Shown piece by piece: positions 44,498 to 53,330 of a stretch of 64,000 nt of DNA. The stretch spans positions 68 to 64,067 of the forward strand of contig CAYQQU010000029.1 of NCBI GenBank assembly GCA_964419545.1. Reading direction: 5' to 3'. A program made the position numbers and the translations under genes. Under the pieces are notes generated by a model. It did not search any database. It was given only the letters and a program-made list of their open reading frames with translations, and had not been told where the DNA came from. This DNA comes from an uncultured Saprospiraceae bacterium. GTDB lineage: Bacteria > Bacteroidota > Bacteroidia > Chitinophagales > Saprospiraceae. Positions within the stretch are counted from its first letter, which is position 1, and each line of letters opens with the position of its first letter.

Positions 44498-47338
44498 ATG
44501 ATCAACCGCAACCTACTTTTCATACTACTCTTCGCTTTATTCCTGCCGGCAAGCGCGACGGGGCAGGGCTGGGAACGCACTTACCCTTACGAGGCGCCCA
44601 ACGGCGCCGGCAGTGTCGAACAAGCGCATTTTCTGAATAAAACACCTGACGGCGGCTACATCCTGGCCGGTGAGGTCGACCTGGCTACCGGGGCGATCCG
44701 GCATTACGTGCGACTCATCAAGACCGATGCCGGGGGACAGTTGCAGTGGGAGCAGGTTTACCAGGAAGGGAACATCCTCCACAAAACCGTTTCCGGGGTC
44801 AGCGTACTCGCCGACGGCGGGTATATGCTGGCCGTCACTGACGTATTATCGCTCGGGTCGGATATGGGGTTGTTGCGCGTAAATGCCTTTGGGGACTCCC
44901 TGTGGACGTCTGATATCGTCCAAGGGCTGGCCCGGTCCCTGGTAGCTGCGCCCAATGGCGACTTCCTGCTGGGCGGACGAACGAACCTGGATTTTGCTAT
45001 CAATTCGCCTAAACTGGTTCGCTATTCGAGTACGGGGGAACTGCTGTGGGAACGCGTCTATTCCGAATTCGGAGAAGGCGTTTTCTTCGGCCTGGCGCCG
45101 GTGAGCACCGGGGGCTACGTGGCTACCGGCCGTTCGGAAGGGCAAACGCTGTTTTGTAAGCTAAGCGAAGCCGGAGATATCGAGTGGGACATCACCGGAT
45201 CGCTGCCTAGCAACGGCGGCTATGACGCGATCGAAGCATCGGGGGGCGGGTTCGTTATCGCTGCCGCCTACGACGGCTTCGCCGGATACGGCCCGTTAAT
45301 GATAAAGACGGATGCGCAGGGTAACGAAGAATGGACGACCTACCTCACTTCCGGCCTCGGCGTGCCGGTCGCGGTGGAGGAAACGCCCCAGGGCGACTTT
45401 ATCACGACCGGATCGGCGGGCGACTTCTGGTCGTTCTGGACCGGGACGACCGGCTTTATCAGCAAGGTAGATGCGGCGGGAACCGAACTATGGTCGAAAA
45501 ATATCTACAACCAACCCGGTACGCCTTCCGGCGCCGACATGGTGACGCTGCCCGGCGGCGGCGGTGTCGTAGCCGGAGTGAAGGCGAATCAGGCCTGGCT
45601 GACCCGCTTCGATGCGGCGGGCAATTCCCTGACCAACTGGATACAAGGCTCCGTCTACCGCTCCACTACCTGCGATACCGACGACGTCATCAGCCAGATG
45701 GCGGGCTGGACGGTGCGCCTCCACGACGACACGGATACCCTTTACACCCTTACCGATCCGCTCGGCCAATTCCGGTTCCTGGTCGATACCGGCAATTACG
45801 CCATCCGGGTGATGCCGCCCAATGCGCTCTGGACGGCCTGCGACGGCGATTTGCCGCTCGATCTGCCCGATTTTTACGATACGACCTACGTCAACCTGCA
45901 GGTAGCCGCCGAAACCATCGAATGCCCGCTGCTCACCGTCGATATCTCCGCGCCTTTCCTGCGGCGTTGCTTCGAGAATACGTATACCGTGCAATACTGT
46001 AACGAAGGCTCCGCTACGGCGCTCGACGCCTACGTGGAAGTTACCCTGGATCCTTTTCTCACCCTGACGAGCGCCGACCTGCCGTTCACGGACCTAGGCG
46101 ACAACCAGTACGCTTTCGACATCGGCGATCTTCCCGTCAACGAATGCGGCGCCTTTTCTTTTAGGGCCGAACTGGATTGCGACAATACGGTGCTCGGCCA
46201 GACGCATTGCACCGAAGCGCATATTTTCCCCGATACCAGCTGCTTTGATATCCTGCCCCAGGCGATCATCGATATCGAGCCGGCCTGCGAACCCGATTCC
46301 GTGGCTTTTCTGTTGCGCAACATCGGCGAGGCCGATATGCAGGGGGCGGCGAATTTCATTGTCATCGAAGACGATGTCATGTACAGCACCCAGCCCTTTG
46401 AACTGGATGAAGGGGAAGAACGCACCGTGCGCTTCCCGGCCAACGGCGCTACCTACCGCCTGGAAACCCTGCGGCGCCCCGACTTTTCCGACTCCAAACG
46501 CATCAGCGCCGTCCTCGAAGGCTGCGCCAATGACGGCTTCTTCAGCACCGGCTTTGTCAACCTGCTGCCCAATTACACCGGATCGTCGGCCATCGATCTC
46601 GACTGCCAGGAAAATATCGGGTCCTATGACCCCAACGACAAGCAGGCGTTCCCCACCGGCTACGGCGATGAGCATTTTATCAAGCCGGACACCGAGCTGG
46701 AGTACCTGATCCGCTTCCAGAATACCGGAACCGACACGGCTTTCCGGGTGGTGATCCGCGACACCCTGGCCTCCTGGCTCGATCCGGCTTCGGTGCGGGC
46801 CGGCGCCAGCAGTCATCCGTATTCTTTTTCCATCCTGGGCGGAGGCATTCTGGAATTCGTTTTTGATCCCATCGCCCTGCCCGACAGCAACGTCAACGTC
46901 GCAGGCTCTATCGGCTTTGTCCGGTTTGCGGTAACCCCCAAAGCCGCCACGCCGCTGGGCGCGCAAATCGATAACGAAGCCGCCATCTACTTCGACTTCA
47001 ATCCGCCCGTGATCACCAATACCGTATTCCACACCATCGGCGAAGATTTCATCATTTCCAGTAATCCGACCCCGCCGGACGGGCGAGCGCCGGTCACCAT
47101 CCGGGTTTTTCCCAATCCGTTCGTCGATCAAACGACTTTGGAAGTTTCGGGGCCGCCGCTCGACGCTGCTTTATTGGAGTGGTACAACGCACAGGGGCAG
47201 CTGGTGAGAAGAACGGTCGTAAACGGGAACCGCCTGGTGGTCAAAGCCGGTGCATTGCCGGGCGGCTGCTACTATTTCCGGCTGATGGAGCAGGGCCGGG
47301 TTCTGGGCAGCGGCGTACTTTTGCTGAACCGGGAATAG
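44498..47338 (+). CDS. Large secreted multidomain protein (beta-propeller-like repeats, DUF11-like modules, T9SS sorting domain), cassette 2
   Basis: 946 aa with the signal peptide MINRNLLFILLFALFLPASATGQ. Domain order matches 39253-42180: CPLLTVDISAPFLRRC, GSYDPNDK, FQNTGTDTAFRVVIRDTL, SSHPY, then the CTD IRVFPNPFVDQTTLEV...CYYFRL. Confidence 0.9.
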   Translation: MINRNLLFILLFALFLPASATGQGWERTYPYEAPNGAGSVEQAHFLNKTPDGGYILAGEVDLATGAIRHYVRLIKTDAGGQLQWEQVYQEGNILHKTVSGVSVLADGGYMLAVTDVLSLGSDMGLLRVNAFGDSLWTSDIVQGLARSLVAAPNGDFLLGGRTNLDFAINSPKLVRYSSTGELLWERVYSEFGEGVFFGLAPVSTGGYVATGRSEGQTLFCKLSEAGDIEWDITGSLPSNGGYDAIEASGGGFVIAAAYDGFAGYGPLMIKTDAQGNEEWTTYLTSGLGVPVAVEETPQGDFITTGSAGDFWSFWTGTTGFISKVDAAGTELWSKNIYNQPGTPSGADMVTLPGGGGVVAGVKANQAWLTRFDAAGNSLTNWIQGSVYRSTTCDTDDVISQMAGWTVRLHDDTDTLYTLTDPLGQFRFLVDTGNYAIRVMPPNALWTACDGDLPLDLPDFYDTTYVNLQVAAETIECPLLTVDISAPFLRRCFENTYTVQYCNEGSATALDAYVEVTLDPFLTLTSADLPFTDLGDNQYAFDIGDLPVNECGAFSFRAELDCDNTVLGQTHCTEAHIFPDTSCFDILPQAIIDIEPACEPDSVAFLLRNIGEADMQGAANFIVIEDDVMYSTQPFELDEGEERTVRFPANGATYRLETLRRPDFSDSKRISAVLEGCANDGFFSTGFVNLLPNYTGSSAIDLDCQENIGSYDPNDKQAFPTGYGDEHFIKPDTELEYLIRFQNTGTDTAFRVVIRDTLASWLDPASVRAGASSHPYSFSILGGGILEFVFDPIALPDSNVNVAGSIGFVRFAVTPKAATPLGAQIDNEAAIYFDFNPPVITNTVFHTIGEDFIISSNPTPPDGRAPVTIRVFPNPFVDQTTLEVSGPPLDAALLEWYNAQGQLVRRTVVNGNRLVVKAGALPGGCYYFRLMEQGRVLGSGVLLLNRE

Positions 47339-47355
47339 AAAAAAGTTAATCCGGG

Positions 47356-48006
47356 TTAAAAATCAAAATCGATGTAGATCGTATCCTCCGGCACCTGCAG
47401 CGCGTGCGACCAGATGACCGTTGTGTCCTGCAAGGAGTAATAGGCCGAGGCGGTCACGCGGTGCGGCTCTCCCGGTACGCCGGGCAGCAGCACCGTCGTA
47501 TCCGGGCGGCCGAGCAGAAAGTATTCGTCGTACAACAGGCGTTGCGGGCTTTCGTAGGGAATGGTGATGCTGCTTTGCAAGCGGATGCCGTCGGGGTGCG
47601 AATGGCGGCACGAGATACCGACCTGGATGATGCGCCGGATAGGCTTGACCCGGATCTCGACAAAATTGTTGCGGCCTTTGCGAATGCGGGAATACTGCGG
47701 CAAAGCGTAGCCGAAGTGCTCGCCCGGCGGCAGCGACAGGTAGTAGTCATTGCCGGGCTGATGCCGGAAACGCACCGAAAAGGTGCCGTCGGAAGCGGCG
47801 TAAAAAGCACGCCAGGGCGTATACCGATCGGGCTCGAAAGGATTGCTCACCTTGTGGTTGATGAATAACTTGGCGGATTGCTGAACGGTATCGCCGGTAT
47901 GGAAATCGACCAGCGCCCCGGAAATACGGGTAGTGTCGCTGGTCAGCCGCAGGTTACAATCCTGCAGGTAGCTCATGGCGAGTACGAAAAGCAACGTCCA
48001 CCTCAT
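47356..48006 (-). CDS. Hypothetical secreted protein
   Basis: The ATG at 48006 gives the signal-like MRWTLLFVLAMSYLQ. The protein looks beta-rich. No family recognised. Confidence 0.55.
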   Translation of the reverse strand: MRWTLLFVLAMSYLQDCNLRLTSDTTRISGALVDFHTGDTVQQSAKLFINHKVSNPFEPDRYTPWRAFYAASDGTFSVRFRHQPGNDYYLSLPPGEHFGYALPQYSRIRKGRNNFVEIRVKPIRRIIQVGISCRHSHPDGIRLQSSITIPYESPQRLLYDEYFLLGRPDTTVLLPGVPGEPHRVTASAYYSLQDTTVIWSHALQVPEDTIYIDFDF

Positions 48007-48092
48007 AGGCCCGGGATTTGCGGATGGGGTCAATGGAAAAGGGAGTCAACCCTGAATTGCTGTACGAAACCTGCGTTCCACACAAAAAACAC

Positions 48093-49541
48093 TCAAAACT
48101 CCGCATTCCCCGGCGTACGCGGGAAGGGGATCACGTCGCGAATATTTTTCATGCCCGTAATGAACTGCACCATGCGTTCGAAGCCGAGGCCGAAGCCTGC
48201 GTGGGGTGCGCCGCCGAACTGGCGCAGCTCCAGGTACCACCACAGCTCCTCTTCGGGAACGCCCATTTCTTCCATGCGCTGCCGGAGCACCGCGTAGCGT
48301 TCTTCGCGCTGGGAGCCGCCGATCACTTCTCCGATTCCGGGGAACAAGACGTCCATGGCGCCGACGGTGCGGCCGGGCACGTCGGGCGACTCGTCGTTGA
48401 GCCGCATGTAAAAAGCTTTGATGACGGCCGGATAATCGCGGACGATCACCGGCTTTTTGAACTTCTTCTCCACCAGGTAGCGCTCGTGTTCCGCTTGCAG
48501 GTCTTTGCCCCACTCTACGGGAAATTCGAATTTTCCTTTTTTGTAGGGTTTGGAATTTTGCAGTATGCGGATGGCTTCGGTATAGGTGATGCGTTCGAAC
48601 TCGTTATCCAATACGAAGCGGAGCTGTTCGATCAGCCCCATCGGGCGCCGTTGTTCTTTAGGCAGGTTTTGCTCTTCGCCGGCGATGCGCGCGTCGAGGA
48701 ATTTCAGTTCTTCGGCGTAGTGTTCGAGGACGTAACCGATGAGGTATTTGGTGAACTCCTCGGCCAGGTCCATATTCCCTTCCAGGTCGCAGAAGGCCAT
48801 CTCCGGTTCGATCATCCAGAACTCGGCCAGGTGGCGGGGCGTATTGGAATTTTCGGCGCGGAAGGTAGGGCCGAAGGTGTATACTTTACCCAGCGCCAGC
48901 GCCCCGATCTCCGCTTGCAGCTGGCCGGATACGGTGAGGTTGGTGGGGCCGCCGAAAAAATCCTGCGACCAGTCGACCTGACCGGCTTCGTCGCGCGGGG
49001 GTTGGTCGAAGGGCAGGGTAGTTACGCGAAACATCTCGCCCGCCCCTTCGGCATCACTCCCGGTAATGATCGGAGAATGGAGATAGAAAAACCCCTGGTC
49101 GTTGAAATATTTGTGGATGGCGTAGGCGATGCCGTGGCGGATGCGAAAGACGGCGCTGAAGGTATTGGTGCGCATGCGGAAATGCGCTTTCTGGCGCAGG
49201 AACTCCATAGTTTGCCGTTTGGGCTGGAGCGGGTACTTTTCCAGGTTGGTTTCTCCGATCACCTCCACGGATTCGGCGAGTATCTCTACCGGTTGTTCGC
49301 TGCCTTTGGATTCCACCAGCCGGCCGGTGACGGCGAGGCAGGCGTGGAAGCCGATGCGGCGGATCAGGTCTTCGGGAAAATTCTCGAAATCGACGACCAC
49401 CTGCAGGTTGTTCATCGTCGAGCCGTCGTTGAGGGCAATGAAGCGGTTGGCCCGGAAGGCGCGCACCCAGCCCATCACGGTGACGGTGTCGTCGATGGCG
49501 GGGGCCTGCAACAATTTGGCAATTTCCGTTCGCTGGATCAT
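48093..49541 (-). CDS. asnS: Asparagine--tRNA ligase
   Basis: 482 aa with an N-terminal OB fold (V.GWV...R.....F..L.DGS). Class II motifs FRAENSNT.RHL.EFWM.E.E and GGSQRE are present, and GFG.G.ER is at the C-terminus. Confidence 0.93.
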   Translation of the reverse strand: MIQRTEIAKLLQAPAIDDTVTVMGWVRAFRANRFIALNDGSTMNNLQVVVDFENFPEDLIRRIGFHACLAVTGRLVESKGSEQPVEILAESVEVIGETNLEKYPLQPKRQTMEFLRQKAHFRMRTNTFSAVFRIRHGIAYAIHKYFNDQGFFYLHSPIITGSDAEGAGEMFRVTTLPFDQPPRDEAGQVDWSQDFFGGPTNLTVSGQLQAEIGALALGKVYTFGPTFRAENSNTPRHLAEFWMIEPEMAFCDLEGNMDLAEEFTKYLIGYVLEHYAEELKFLDARIAGEEQNLPKEQRRPMGLIEQLRFVLDNEFERITYTEAIRILQNSKPYKKGKFEFPVEWGKDLQAEHERYLVEKKFKKPVIVRDYPAVIKAFYMRLNDESPDVPGRTVGAMDVLFPGIGEVIGGSQREERYAVLRQRMEEMGVPEEELWWYLELRQFGGAPHAGFGLGFERMVQFITGMKNIRDVIPFPRTPGNAEF

Positions 49542-49593
49542 GTGAACCGTTTTTCCCGGCGGCCACGGGGCGCGCCGGCGCCTGGAAAGCTGC

Positions 49594-49627
49594 GAAATTA
49601 AAGCATTTGGCGAGAAACGGCAAATGC
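49594..49627 (-). terminator. Possible terminator of the DCC-family gene
   Basis: On the minus strand, gcatttg-ccgtttctcgc-caaatgc is followed by tttaattt. The stem is only 7 bp and the T-run is interrupted. Confidence 0.35.
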
Positions 49628-49635
49628 CGCATCTT

Positions 49636-50076
49636 TCAATTATCCAAAAAACGATCGCGCAGGTCCGGCGTCGGCAGCCAGCAGCTGTCTTTTTCGCCGA
49701 ACCACCGGTAGCGGTTGCGGGCGATCCAGTTGTAGACGGCGTCGCGCCAGGGGCGCGGAACGATGCGCAGGGCGTAAAGGGCGGGCCAGAGGCCGCTGAG
49801 GTGGCGCGCGGCGCGCAGGGCCGCGTCGGAACGGGTATACACCTGGCCGTTCTCGATGAGCACCACGCTTTTCAGCGATTCTCCGGTCAGGTCGGTGTCG
49901 CTGAGCATTTGTTCAGCGACCTCCGATTGCAGGGAAGCAAAGCGAAAGCGCGCCGCGGGGTCCCGTTCGATGATGAACTGGACCGACTGGCTGCAGAGGT
50001 TGCACACGCCGTCGAACAGCAGCACCGGATGTTCGGTGGTGCGGGCGGCGTCGATTGTGTTGGATGATTTCATCAT
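49636..50076 (-). CDS. Thiol-disulfide oxidoreductase DCC family protein (DUF393)
   Basis: I start at ATG 50076 (MMKSSNTID...). The motif LLFDGVCNLCS and the C-terminal block YNWIARNRYRWFG are present. Confidence 0.8.
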   Translation of the reverse strand: MMKSSNTIDAARTTEHPVLLFDGVCNLCSQSVQFIIERDPAARFRFASLQSEVAEQMLSDTDLTGESLKSVVLIENGQVYTRSDAALRAARHLSGLWPALYALRIVPRPWRDAVYNWIARNRYRWFGEKDSCWLPTPDLRDRFLDN

Positions 50077-50090
50077 TTTTTTGTAACTAC

Positions 50091-50229
50091 TTAGGTCCCT
50101 CCGATTGAGAGGCGAAAATACCTGGTTTTGCCCCGGCCCTAAATGGGAGCCCAGGCATTTTCGCCCTTTGCTCCCATTTAGGGCCGGGGCAAACAAAGGG
50201 CGAAAATGCCTTTAGAAGGAGGGACCTAA
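50091..50229. repeat. 139-bp nested hairpin with a triplicated 15-17-mer allowing alternative pairings
   Basis: The outer 12-bp stem pairs 50091-50102 with 50218-50229. The inner 24-bp perfect stem pairs 50127-50150 with 50170-50193. Loop segment 50153-50169 is exactly complementary to 50195-50211 and matches 14 of 15 positions against 50111-50125. Confidence 0.85.
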
Positions 50230-50277
50230 ATGGTTACCCTTTTTTTAACAGTATTGGGCCGAGTAAGTTTGGCGGCT

Positions 50278-51651
50278 TCATTCGAATAGTTCGCGGTAGA
50301 GCTCTTCCACTTTGCCGATGGTCGTCACTTCGATGCGGTAGCGTTTGAAATCCAGGCCTTTCAGGTTGTATTTGGAGATGAAAATGCGGTTGAACCCGAG
50401 GCGATCGGCTTCGGTGATGCGGTTTTCGATCCGGTTTACGGCGCGGATCTCCCCGGACAGCCCTACTTCCCCGGCGAAGCAAATATCGCTGGGAATGGCG
50501 ATGTCCTCCAGCGAAGAGATGAGCGCACCGACGATGGCGAGGTCTACTGCCGGGTCGACGGCGCGGATGCCGCCTGCGAGGTTGAGGAAGACGTCGTTCT
50601 GTGCAAAAGGGAGGCCGCCCCTTTTTTCAAGCACGGCGAGCAACATGCTGAGGCGGCGCAGGTCGAAGCCCGTCGCGGATCGCTGCGGCGTCCCGTAAAC
50701 GGCGGTGCTCACGAGCGCCTGGGTCTCGATGAGCATGGGGCGCAGCCCTTCGACGGTGGCGGCTACGGCGCTGCCGCTCAGGTCTTCTTCCTTCTGGCTG
50801 AGGAGGAGTTCGGAGGGGTTGCTCACTTCCCGCAGCCCCCCGGCCTGCATTTCGTAGATGCCAAGCTCATCGGTCGAGCCGAAACGGTTCTTGATCGTGC
50901 GCAGAATGCGGTAGGTATGATGCTGGTCGCCTTCAAACTGGAGCACAGCGTCGACGATGTGTTCGAGCAGCTTCGGGCCGGCAATGGCGCCATCTTTGGT
51001 GATGTGGCCGATGATGAAAACCGGAATGCCCGTTTCTTTGGCGAAGCGCTGCAGCAGCCCGGCGCATTCGCGCACCTGCGAGATGCTGCCCGGCGTCGAT
51101 TCGATGTGCGGAGAAGATAAGGTTTGGATAGAATCGGCAATGAGCAGGTCCGGCTGTAGCTTCTGGGCGTGGCCGAGCACTTTGTCGATATTCGTTTCGG
51201 TGAGGATAAAACAATGGTCGGGGGCGCCCCCCAGCCGGTCGGCGCGCATCTTGATTTGTTCTTCCGACTCTTCGCCGGAAACGTACAGCACTTTTACCGG
51301 CGTGTTGAGGGCGACCTGGAGCATCAGGCTCGATTTGCCGATCCCCGGCGCCCCGCCCAGCAGAATAAGCGATCCCAGAACTATGCCGCCCCCGCCGAGC
51401 ACGCGGTTCAGTTCTTCGTCGGGGGTGGGAATGCGGCGGGTCTTACCGGCCATAATGTCGGGCAAAGCTACCGGGCTGGGGCCGGATCGTTCTCCCTGCC
51501 AGGCGCGCTGCTTGATCTCCGTCTTCGTCTCGCGGGCAATGACCTCCTCCTGATAGGTGTTCCAACTATCGCAGTGCGGGCATTTCCCGATCCACTTGGG
51601 AGAAGAGGCCCCGCACTGGGAGCAGAGAAAAACTTTTTTAATTTTTGCCAA
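50278..51651 (-). CDS. radA: DNA repair protein RadA
   Basis: It has a zinc-ribbon N-terminus (AKIKKVFLCSQCG.....W.GKCP.C..WN), the Walker A motif GGAPGIGKSSL, a KNRFG motif and a Lon-like C-terminus. I prefer the TTG at 51651, which gives the canonical (M)AKIKK start. The track ORF extends to ATG 51717. Confidence 0.9.
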   Translation of the reverse strand: MAKIKKVFLCSQCGASSPKWIGKCPHCDSWNTYQEEVIARETKTEIKQRAWQGERSGPSPVALPDIMAGKTRRIPTPDEELNRVLGGGGIVLGSLILLGGAPGIGKSSLMLQVALNTPVKVLYVSGEESEEQIKMRADRLGGAPDHCFILTETNIDKVLGHAQKLQPDLLIADSIQTLSSPHIESTPGSISQVRECAGLLQRFAKETGIPVFIIGHITKDGAIAGPKLLEHIVDAVLQFEGDQHHTYRILRTIKNRFGSTDELGIYEMQAGGLREVSNPSELLLSQKEEDLSGSAVAATVEGLRPMLIETQALVSTAVYGTPQRSATGFDLRRLSMLLAVLEKRGGLPFAQNDVFLNLAGGIRAVDPAVDLAIVGALISSLEDIAIPSDICFAGEVGLSGEIRAVNRIENRITEADRLGFNRIFISKYNLKGLDFKRYRIEVTTIGKVEELYRELFE

Positions 51652-52035
51652 GAGTATTACTTTTTGCGTTAGTTTTTTTCTATCTTTCCGTTGTTCGCCA
51701 CTTCCTAAGGGAATCATCTAATCGGTTTCGCTACATTTAACACTTTTTCCGATTGATTTTTCTCAAAAATTCCTCTAATTTGTAGATGAGATAATGTATT
51801 CTCCGCTACATTTCGGCTCAGTCCGCCGAACTTTTCGAGCGCTAAATTATTTAATAAATGTTTGGTAATTTCCACTAAAAAACGATATTTGCACCCATGT
51901 TAATTATTCGTTAAATAAATTTGAACAAAAACAACCGTCGGAAAAACACTGTTATAGTGATATAGGTTAAAAAAACAGCGACGGCTGAAGATATTTTATA
52001 CGTAGATTGTTTTCATTTGGTTTTTTGGGGTTATG

Positions 52036-52077
52036 CAGGGCCCAGAGCTTACAAAGCACTGGAGCCCTGTTTTTTTT
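52036..52077 (+). terminator. Orphan plus-strand intrinsic terminator in an AT-rich intergenic region
   Basis: cagggcccag-(13-nt loop)-ctgg(a)gccctg is followed by a T8 run. No plus-strand CDS lies upstream. Confidence 0.5.
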
Positions 52078-52212
52078 GTATGGCTTTTTTGTAAATATGG
52101 ACTTTTTGTATTGAAGATTTTTCAAAGGGATACAGCTTTTTCCCTCGGCCAATAGCAAAAAGCCAAAAATTTCGGGTTTTATTGAGATAAAGCCAAAACT
52201 CAGATTGCCCGG

Positions 52213-52551
52213 TTACGGCCGGTCGGCGCAACGAACGCAACGCGAACTCTGCGGCATGTACATCAGCCGGGCCGTCGGGATCGCCTGACCGCACCGGGCG
52301 CACTTGCCGAAATCAGGCTGGTCGATTTTGCTCAGCGCCATTTTCAGATTGGTCAGTTTGCGGCGAGCGGTACGCAGAGCTGCCTCCGCAACGCTTTTGT
52401 TGTTGATCGCATCCATCCGGCTCACGCGCCCGATGGCGTTTTCCGGAGAAATAGGCTGGGTATTTTTTTCTAATCCGACCAGCTCTGCTTCCGTGCTCCC
52501 GATAGCGGCCTCGATCTTCAGCTTCAGCTCCCGCCGTTCTTCCGCATTCAT
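52213..52551 (-). CDS. DksA/TraR-family C4 zinc-finger protein
   Basis: 112 aa with a coiled-coil N-terminus and CARCGQAIP..R.......RCVRC. Confidence 0.8.
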   Translation of the reverse strand: MNAEERRELKLKIEAAIGSTEAELVGLEKNTQPISPENAIGRVSRMDAINNKSVAEAALRTARRKLTNLKMALSKIDQPDFGKCARCGQAIPTARLMYMPQSSRCVRCADRP

Positions 52552-52555
52552 CCGC

Positions 52556-53317
52556 TTAGTCGTTTGAGGAGAACAAGGCGATCAACCGCAGCATTTCCAC
52601 ATAGAGCCAAACGAGGGTTACCAGCAGGCCCAGCGCGCAAAACCATTCCATATAGCCCGGCGCACCGTGTTGTTCTCCTTTTTCAAAATTGTCGAAATCA
52701 AGCAATAGGTTGAGGGAAGCCACCCCTACGATCACCAGGCTGATGCCGATACTCATCCAGCCACCGTCGTGTAAGTACCCGATATCGATACCGAAAAAAG
52801 ATAGCACAAAACTGAGTAAGTAGAATACCAGTATGCCGCCGGTGGCCATGATGACACCCAAACGGAACTTCTGCGTCACCTTGATGATGCCGGCTTTGTA
52901 GATGAAAAGCATCATGAATAGCACCGCTATGGTGAGCGTTATGGCCTGAAAAACAATGCCTTCCAACAACGAAGCGTACATCGCGGAGATCGCTCCGACG
53001 AACAGCCCTTCCAGCCCGGCGTAGACCGGCGCGAGGATCGGGGAATGCTGCGGGCGAAAGGCGGCGATAAGAACGGTGATCAGGCCGCCGATGGCGCCGA
53101 CCCACATCAGCCAGGGATAGGTTTCTCCCCACATAAAACCGAGCATGGCGGTAGCGAACAGCAAGGCGCTGAGGAGCAGCGTTTTATTGACTGCCCCCTG
53201 CACGGTCATGGTTTCTCCTTCCCGAATGACCGGTCCGGCTTGTTCCCGGGCGCCCTGCAGGGCTTTTTCCGTCATTACGGGATTATGCGATTCGAAAAAG
53301 TTTCTTCTTCTGCTCAT
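52556..53317 (-). CDS. Bax inhibitor-1/YccA-family membrane protein
   Basis: I start at ATG 53317 (MSRRRNFFESHNPVM...), giving 253 aa with about seven TM helices. The upstream 162 codons of the track ORF cross a long hairpin repeat and are not protein-like. Confidence 0.75.
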   Translation of the reverse strand: MSRRRNFFESHNPVMTEKALQGAREQAGPVIREGETMTVQGAVNKTLLLSALLFATAMLGFMWGETYPWLMWVGAIGGLITVLIAAFRPQHSPILAPVYAGLEGLFVGAISAMYASLLEGIVFQAITLTIAVLFMMLFIYKAGIIKVTQKFRLGVIMATGGILVFYLLSFVLSFFGIDIGYLHDGGWMSIGISLVIVGVASLNLLLDFDNFEKGEQHGAPGYMEWFCALGLLVTLVWLYVEMLRLIALFSSND

Positions 53318-53330
53318 ATTCTTTTTTTCA

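Noticed and set aside
44108-44498. ORFs of 73-88 aa on both strands over the microsatellite array (44108-44350 minus, 44277-44498 minus, 44214-44480 plus).
   Set aside because: Their translations are pure repeat artefacts (LVFSLWSLVFGLW..., KTKDQRLKTKDQ...). They lie in the divergent promoter region between two well-supported genes.
48018-49601. A 527-aa plus-strand ORF antisense to asnS.
   Set aside because: The minus-strand frame encodes a complete class II asparaginyl-tRNA synthetase. The plus-strand frame has no motifs.
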